Below the pieces are notes generated by a model. The model worked only from the letters and a program-made list of their open reading frames with translations, did not search any database and had not been told where the DNA came from. A DNA stretch of 64,000 nucleotides, from NCBI GenBank assembly GCA_963765765.1, contig CAVXYC010000020.1:256001-320000 (forward strand), written 5' to 3'. Source of the stretch: an uncultured Chloroflexia bacterium (lineage in GTDB: Bacteria; Chloroflexota; UBA6077; JACCZL01). The position numbers and the translations under genes are program-made. The stretch's first letter is position 1; each line of letters opens with the position of its first letter. Shown here piece after piece: positions 55,482 to 64,000 of this stretch.

Positions 55482-55828
55482 TCAGACGCCTCCGAAGCTG
55501 ACGCTTCCTGAGCTGGCGCTTCCTCGGCCGTTTCCTGTGGAAGTCCAGCGACTGCATCGATGTCCGCGACAAAGCTGCTACGGAGCACCTTTTGGACGCG
55601 CCACCGCTTCTCGCGACTCATCGGGCGCGCTTCCTCGATGATCACCGAATCACCGAGCTTGCACTGATTTGCTTCATCGTGCGCCTTGAAGCGATGGGTT
55701 CGGCGGACGTGGCGACCATACAGGCGGTGTCGGCGAAGGTGCTCAACAGCAACCACGACCGTCTTGTCCATCTTGTCACTCACGACCACACCCTGCTTAG
55801 TGCGCTTCACCGTTTGTTGCTCACTCAT
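55478..55828 (-). CDS. rpsQ: 30S ribosomal protein S17
   Basis: [25 protein letters not shown]. Confidence 0.97.
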   Translation of the reverse strand: MSEQQTVKRTKQGVVVSDKMDKTVVVAVEHLRRHRLYGRHVRRTHRFKAHDEANQCKLGDSVIIEEARPMSREKRWRVQKVLRSSFVADIDAVAGLPQETAEEAPAQEASASEASE

Positions 55829-56034
55829 GAGGCCACTCCGGCTACCACGGGAGCCAATTGGGCCAGCGCCGTATTGACCCGAGCGACGTCACGGCGAACT
55901 TGCCGAATGCGCGCGGTATTCGTGAGCTGGTGTGTGGCCACCTGGAATCGCAAATTGAACATCTCTTCGTGGAGCTCTCGAAGCTTCGCGTCGAGCTGCT
56001 CCCGATCGAGGTCACGAAGCTCGGACATCTTCAT
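55825..56034 (-). CDS. rpmC: 50S ribosomal protein L29
   Basis: [23 protein letters not shown]. Confidence 0.96.
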   Translation of the reverse strand: MKMSELRDLDREQLDAKLRELHEEMFNLRFQVATHQLTNTARIRQVRRDVARVNTALAQLAPVVAGVAS

Positions 56035-56452
56035 GAGCTCGCACCTCCTCTTTGTATAGAACCTTGGTCTGAATGGGTAGCTTGTGAGACGCCTTCCGAA
56101 GCGCCTCAATCGCCATATCAGTGCGCACGCCGCCGATCTCAAACATCACGCGCCCGGGACGCACAACCGCGACCCAGTGATCGGGCGCGCCTTTGCCGCT
56201 GCCCATGCGCACCTCAGCGGGCTTATGGGTAACGACCTTATCTGGAAAAATTCGAATCCAGACCTTGCCACCCCTACGAAGGTGGTGGGTGATCGTACGC
56301 CGCGCCGCCTCGATCTGGCGGGCGGTGATCCAGGCCGCTTCCTGGGCCTGAATTCCGATCTCGCCAAACGCGATGCTGTTCCCGGTTGTCGCCATACCGC
56401 GGCGTTTGCCGCGGAACATTCGACGATACTTCGTTCGCTTGGGCTGCAGCAT
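56012..56452 (-). CDS. rplP: 50S ribosomal protein L16
   Basis: [29 protein letters not shown]. Confidence 0.98.
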   Translation of the reverse strand: MLQPKRTKYRRMFRGKRRGMATTGNSIAFGEIGIQAQEAAWITARQIEAARRTITHHLRRGGKVWIRIFPDKVVTHKPAEVRMGSGKGAPDHWVAVVRPGRVMFEIGGVRTDMAIEALRKASHKLPIQTKVLYKEEVRAHEDVRAS

Positions 56453-56453
56453 G

Positions 56454-57287
56454 TTACTCGGCCTCCGCCGGCTTAGTTGGTGGCGCCACCGAAGGCGCGG
56501 ACGGAGCAGACATTGGCAGGATCGCTGGCGCGGGCGTCGGCGACGCGGGCGCACTCACACCTGCACCGACCTCTTCACTCGGTGGTCGACGGTCTTCCAG
56601 ATCGGTCACAGTTACTGGGCGTCCGGTACGAAGGGGCGGTGCTTCCACCACCTGTCGTACAGACGTTTCGACGTCACCGCGATAAATCCAAGCTTTCACG
56701 CCAATGATCCCGAAGGTCGTGTGCGCTTCTGCTTGACCGAAGTCAATATCAGCGCGCAATGTGTGAAGCGGCACGCGACCGCGGCGCTCCCACTCTCGGC
56801 GCGACATTTCCGAGCCACCGAGGCGTCCGGATACCTGGAGCCGAACTCCACGTGATCCGAACCGCATCGCTCGGTCAGCCGACTGCTTCATAGCTCGGCG
56901 GAACGCGACGCGGCGCTCGAGCTGATCGGCAACGCTCCGGGCAACCAGATACGCATCCAGCTCAGGCTGCCGAATCTCCTGGATCGTGACCCGCACTCGC
57001 TTGCTGGTCATGGCCTCGAGATTCTTGCGCAGCTCCTCAACCTTGACGCCGCTCTTGCCGATTACAATGCCCGGCTTGGCCGCGTGGATCGTAACCGTCA
57101 TCTGATTTGCGGAGCGCTCGATCTCCACTTTTGACACACCCGCATCGGCGAGCCGACCCATAATCAGCTCGCGAACGCGGATGTCCTCATGGAGCAGACC
57201 TGTGTAATCACGATCCGCATACCACCGACCCTGCCAGCCACGAATGACGCCAAGGCGGAATCCATTTGGGTGAACTTTTTGACCCAT
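56454..57287 (-). CDS. rpsC: 30S ribosomal protein S3 (Pro/Ala-rich tail)
   Basis: [36 protein letters not shown]. Confidence 0.98.
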   Translation of the reverse strand: MGQKVHPNGFRLGVIRGWQGRWYADRDYTGLLHEDIRVRELIMGRLADAGVSKVEIERSANQMTVTIHAAKPGIVIGKSGVKVEELRKNLEAMTSKRVRVTIQEIRQPELDAYLVARSVADQLERRVAFRRAMKQSADRAMRFGSRGVRLQVSGRLGGSEMSRREWERRGRVPLHTLRADIDFGQAEAHTTFGIIGVKAWIYRGDVETSVRQVVEAPPLRTGRPVTVTDLEDRRPPSEEVGAGVSAPASPTPAPAILPMSAPSAPSVAPPTKPAEAE

Positions 57288-57298
57288 GGTGTCCCCTT

Positions 57299-57643
57299 CT
57301 ACTCCCGTTCCGCCACGGCCACGGTGATGTGGCTTGATCGTTTCAAAATCTGATTCACGCGTCCCCGCGCACGTGGCCGCCAACGCTTCAGCGTTCGCCC
57401 GGCATCGGCAAAGGCTCCGGCCACCACGAGCTGCTCTGGATCCATATTGAAATTGTTCTCCGCGTTTGCCGCGGCAGAGCGCAGTACCTTGGAGACCGGA
57501 CGCGCCCCTTTTTGAGGCAGGTACCGAAGAATCGCGACTGCCTCATTGAAAGACTTTCCGCGAATCGTCTCGAGGACCAGGCGCACCTTCTGCGGCGAGA
57601 CGCGAATATCACGCGCCACGGCGCGTACTTCGACACCAGCCAT
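57299..57643 (-). CDS. rplV: 50S ribosomal protein L22
   Basis: [29 protein letters not shown]. Confidence 0.97.
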   Translation of the reverse strand: MAGVEVRAVARDIRVSPQKVRLVLETIRGKSFNEAVAILRYLPQKGARPVSKVLRSAAANAENNFNMDPEQLVVAGAFADAGRTLKRWRPRARGRVNQILKRSSHITVAVAERE

Positions 57644-57662
57644 GATCTACTTCCAGCCTCTC

Positions 57663-57944
57663 CTAGCGCCCACTGGACTTCTCGCCGCGGGCAGTGTGGC
57701 CACGGAACGTTCGCGTTGGCGCGAACTCTCCGAGCTTGTGGCCCACCATGTTCTCTGACACGAAGATCGGAACGTGTCGCCGACCATCGTGTACAGCGAT
57801 GGTGTGTCCAACCATCTCTGGGAAAATCGTAGACGCCCGCGACCAGGTCTTAAAGACCTGCTTGTTACCGGCCGCGTTCATTGTTTCGATCCGACGAAAC
57901 AGCTTCGCGTCGATATACGGGCCCTTCTTTAGGGACCGGCTCAT
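57663..57944 (-). CDS. rpsS: 30S ribosomal protein S19
   Basis: [24 protein letters not shown]. Confidence 0.98.
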   Translation of the reverse strand: MSRSLKKGPYIDAKLFRRIETMNAAGNKQVFKTWSRASTIFPEMVGHTIAVHDGRRHVPIFVSENMVGHKLGEFAPTRTFRGHTARGEKSSGR

Positions 57945-57977
57945 GAATTCGCCTCCCTCAGCATCGCCATCATCTAA

Positions 57978-58808
57978 TTACTTCCGATTACTTCGTTTGC
58001 GAACAATGAACTTGTCCGTATTTTTGCGGCGGCGGGTCTTGAAGCCCATCGCCGGCTTGCCCCAGGGCGTCTGCGGCTGGCCACCGATTGGCGCCTTGCC
58101 CTCACCACCACCGTGGGGATGGTCCCTCGGGTTCATCACCGAGCCGCGAACCGTTGGCCGTCGTCCACGCCAGCGGTTTCTGCCAGCCTTGCCGTAGTTC
58201 AACGTCGCGTGCTCCGCGTTACCGACCGAGCCAAGGGTCGCGATACAATCGAGATGCACCAATCGCACCTCGCCGGAAGGCAGTCGGACCTGCGCCCAAT
58301 CGCCATCCTTCGCCATGAGCTGCGCGGAATTTCCAGCACTGCGCACCATCTGCGCGCCACGCCCAACCTTTAGCTCAATCGCGTGAATCTGGGAGCCCAG
58401 CGGGATGTTCCGTAGGGGCAGCGCATTGCCATTCTGGATCTCCGCCGTGGGGCCAGAAGAGATTTTCTGTCCGACCTTCACGCCTGCCGGCGCGAGGATG
58501 TAACGCTTCTCACCGTCTTCGTAACGAAGCAGGGCGATGCGAGCGCTGCGGTTGGGATCGTACTCAATCGCTTCCACAACCGAGCTCACGCCGGCCTTGT
58601 TCCGCTTCCAGTCGATGACGCGGTACATGCGCTTGTGACCACCGCCACGGTGGCGCACACTGATGCGTCCCGCCGAGTTTCGACCGGCGCGCTGCTTGAG
58701 CGGTTCAACCAGCGACTTCTCGGGGCGCTTCTTAGTGATCTCCTCGAACGTCGAGACGGACATGTCTCGACGGCCAGGGGAGGTAGGTCGATAGATTCGA
58801 ATTGGCAT
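57978..58808 (-). CDS. rplB: 50S ribosomal protein L2
   Basis: [30 protein letters not shown]. Confidence 0.98.
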   Translation of the reverse strand: MPIRIYRPTSPGRRDMSVSTFEEITKKRPEKSLVEPLKQRAGRNSAGRISVRHRGGGHKRMYRVIDWKRNKAGVSSVVEAIEYDPNRSARIALLRYEDGEKRYILAPAGVKVGQKISSGPTAEIQNGNALPLRNIPLGSQIHAIELKVGRGAQMVRSAGNSAQLMAKDGDWAQVRLPSGEVRLVHLDCIATLGSVGNAEHATLNYGKAGRNRWRGRRPTVRGSVMNPRDHPHGGGEGKAPIGGQPQTPWGKPAMGFKTRRRKNTDKFIVRKRSNRK

Positions 58809-58812
58809 ACCG

Positions 58813-59097
58813 CTACACCCCCTGGAAGAGCTCGATCCGACTGCCGGCCTGGAGCGTCACAATCGCTTTCTTCCACGATCGCGTGACACCGCGTTGCCGT
58901 CGCCAGATTCGGGTCTTTCCCGGCACTTTCACAATATTTACGGACTTCACCTGAACGTTGAAGACCTCGGCCACAGCGCGGGCGATCTCGATCTTGTTCG
59001 CGTCCTGGTGCACTTCGAACACGTACTTATTCTGTTCGCCAAGCATTGTGTTCTTTTCAGTAACGACCGGGCGGATGAGGATCTCGTGACTAAGCAT
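58813..59097 (-). CDS. rplW: 50S ribosomal protein L23
   Basis: [24 protein letters not shown]. Confidence 0.97.
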   Translation of the reverse strand: MLSHEILIRPVVTEKNTMLGEQNKYVFEVHQDANKIEIARAVAEVFNVQVKSVNIVKVPGKTRIWRRQRGVTRSWKKAIVTLQAGSRIELFQGV

Positions 59098-59758
59098 CGC
59101 TCGCCTCCGCGCCCGCCGGGCTCGCCTTTGTATCGAGTAACAACCGCTCGGTAATAGCGGCCACGCTTTCGCGAGTCATGATCAAAATGGGGAAGTTCAG
59201 GATGTCCAGAAGGTTCACACCTTCCGTCGTCACTGCCCGCACCTTCTCCACGTTCGCGCTGGACCGTAGCACCAGGTCTTCACGCTCGTGAATCACCATG
59301 AGCACACCCTTGTTCAAGCCGAGTGCGCCGAGAAACTCGACCATCTCTCTGGTCTTGCCCGTCGGGACGGTCAGCGCATCTACAACCGTAAGCGCGGAAT
59401 CCCGAACCTTGGCGGACAGCGCAGAGCGCAACGCCAATCGCCGCATCTTTCGCGGCAGATCGCGATGATGCGAACGCGGATGCGGGCCGAACACCACACC
59501 ACCCGACCGCCAATGCGGCGCACGAGTGGAGCCTTGCCGGGCGCGGCCGGTGCCCTTCTGTCGCCATGGCTTCTTGCCGCCGCCACGAACTTCGCCACGC
59601 GTCTTCGTGTCGTGCGTGCCCTTACGCTGATTGGCAAGCTGAGTGACAACGGCCTGATGCAGGACCGCCCTGTTTGGCTCAATCCCGAAAACTCGTTCGT
59701 CGAGATCGAGCGTGCCCACGGTTTCGCCGCGAGCGTTCTTTACGTCAACGCTTGGCAT
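59090..59758 (-). CDS. rplD: 50S ribosomal protein L4
   Basis: [36 protein letters not shown]. Confidence 0.98.
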   Translation of the reverse strand: MPSVDVKNARGETVGTLDLDERVFGIEPNRAVLHQAVVTQLANQRKGTHDTKTRGEVRGGGKKPWRQKGTGRARQGSTRAPHWRSGGVVFGPHPRSHHRDLPRKMRRLALRSALSAKVRDSALTVVDALTVPTGKTREMVEFLGALGLNKGVLMVIHEREDLVLRSSANVEKVRAVTTEGVNLLDILNFPILIMTRESVAAITERLLLDTKASPAGAEASDA

Positions 59759-60383
59759 CAACTCTTCCGCTTCTCTCTTTTTTAATAACGACGAGACCCC
59801 CGCGCGGCCCGGGAACTGCACCCTTGATGGCGACGAGATTACGCTCCGTGTCCACTCGAAGAATCTCTAGGTTCTGGACCGTGACCTTTTCGTCACCCAT
59901 GTGACCCCCCATCCGCATGCCCTTGAACACGCGCCCGGGAGTGGTACCGGAGCCAATGGAGCCAGGGCGGCGCCAGCGATCCGATTGTCCATGCGTCTTG
60001 GGTCCACCGCGGAAGCCGTGGCGCTTCACCACACCGGCAAAGCCACGCCCTTTTGATGTTCCAGTTACGTCTACCAGCTCGCCAATTTCCAGAATGTCCG
60101 CGTTGACCTGATCACCAACCTGGATCGAATCCCCGCCATCGCTCTTCACTTCACGAAGGTAGCGAAGGTGAGGAAGAGTTTTGAGGTGCCCTTGCTCTGG
60201 CTTGTTGAGCTTGCGCTTTTCGCCAAACCCGAGCTGAACGGCCTCATAGCCGTCCCTACTCTGATTCCGCAATTGCGTGACAAAGCAAGGCCCCGCCTCC
60301 ACAATCGTGGTGGCCTGCGCTGTTCCACTTTCGTCGAACACCTGGGTCATACCCAGCTTCCGACCGAGAATCCCGAGAATCAC
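59745..60383 (-). CDS. rplC: 50S ribosomal protein L3
   Basis: KLGMTQ, SKGRGFAGVVKRH, PGSIG, KGAVPG. Confidence 0.98.
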   Translation of the reverse strand: MILGILGRKLGMTQVFDESGTAQATTIVEAGPCFVTQLRNQSRDGYEAVQLGFGEKRKLNKPEQGHLKTLPHLRYLREVKSDGGDSIQVGDQVNADILEIGELVDVTGTSKGRGFAGVVKRHGFRGGPKTHGQSDRWRRPGSIGSGTTPGRVFKGMRMGGHMGDEKVTVQNLEILRVDTERNLVAIKGAVPGPRGGLVVIKKERSGRVDAKR

Positions 60384-60424
60384 GTTTTGCCTCTTCGTAA
60401 CAGGCTGTTCAAAGCCTGCGTTCC

Positions 60425-60733
60425 CTAGAGTTTGATCTCGATATCGACGCCAGCGGGAACATTGAGGCGCATGAGCGCATCGACGGTCCTTGGAGTCGGC
60501 TCGACGACATCAATTAGGCGCTTGTGCGTGCGCATTTCGAACTGCTCGCGCGAGTCTTTATCGATGAACGGCGATCGAATCACCGTAAATTTCTCGATTC
60601 GCGTGGGCAGCGGGACCGGGCCGGCGACTGATGCGCCGGTCCTTTCCGCGGTCTCCACAATTTGTTGGGCTGACTGATCCAAAATCCGGTGATCAAAGGC
60701 TTTCAGTCGGATTCGGATTCGCTGCTTCGCCAT
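60425..60733 (-). CDS. rpsJ: 30S ribosomal protein S10
   Basis: [32 protein letters not shown]. Confidence 0.98.
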   Translation of the reverse strand: MAKQRIRIRLKAFDHRILDQSAQQIVETAERTGASVAGPVPLPTRIEKFTVIRSPFIDKDSREQFEMRTHKRLIDVVEPTPRTVDALMRLNVPAGVDIEIKL

Positions 60734-60748
60734 CAGGGCTCCTCGCTG

Positions 60749-61948
<1,200 letters not shown>

Positions 61949-62002
61949 TGTGCCCTTCTCCTCGACTGCTATGCGACAGGCGTGTGAATTACTGCGTGAG
62001 CC

Positions 62003-64000
<1,998 letters not shown>

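Overview
A 64-kb chromosomal segment, about 60% GC by eye, from a bacterium whose EF-Tu, GAPDH, ribosomal proteins and gene order point to Chloroflexota (inference). Most of it is minus-strand housekeeping DNA. It holds fusA-tuf and the S10/spc/alpha ribosomal superoperon, then truA-rplM-rpsI, rpsP-khpA-rimM-recO, dnaX-ybaB-recR and rpsA. It also holds clpC-radA-ispD-ispF-cysS-rlmB, typA, glyA, nfeD, eno-gap-pgk-tpiA, dprA-topA-pepP-efp, xseAB, purEK and GTP-type PEPCK. About 15 genes, many essential, carry single-base frameshifts, mostly in short homopolymers. This points to uncorrected long-read errors and probably explains two apparent fusions (pepP-efp, ispF-cysS). The less ordinary items are: a tRNA-Arg with the rarer GCG anticodon; a WYL regulator translationally coupled to a class F sortase just behind that tRNA; and an unannotated 24-aa membrane peptide behind a sigma54-type promoter. 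There are also several REP/REPIN-like intergenic palindromes (one family in two co-varying copies), a CysRS with KMSKS changed to KVSHS, a divergent IF-1, a compositionally distinct tuf, and a small decayed region at 22.3-23.5 kb. No CRISPR array, prophage, integrase or transposase gene was seen.
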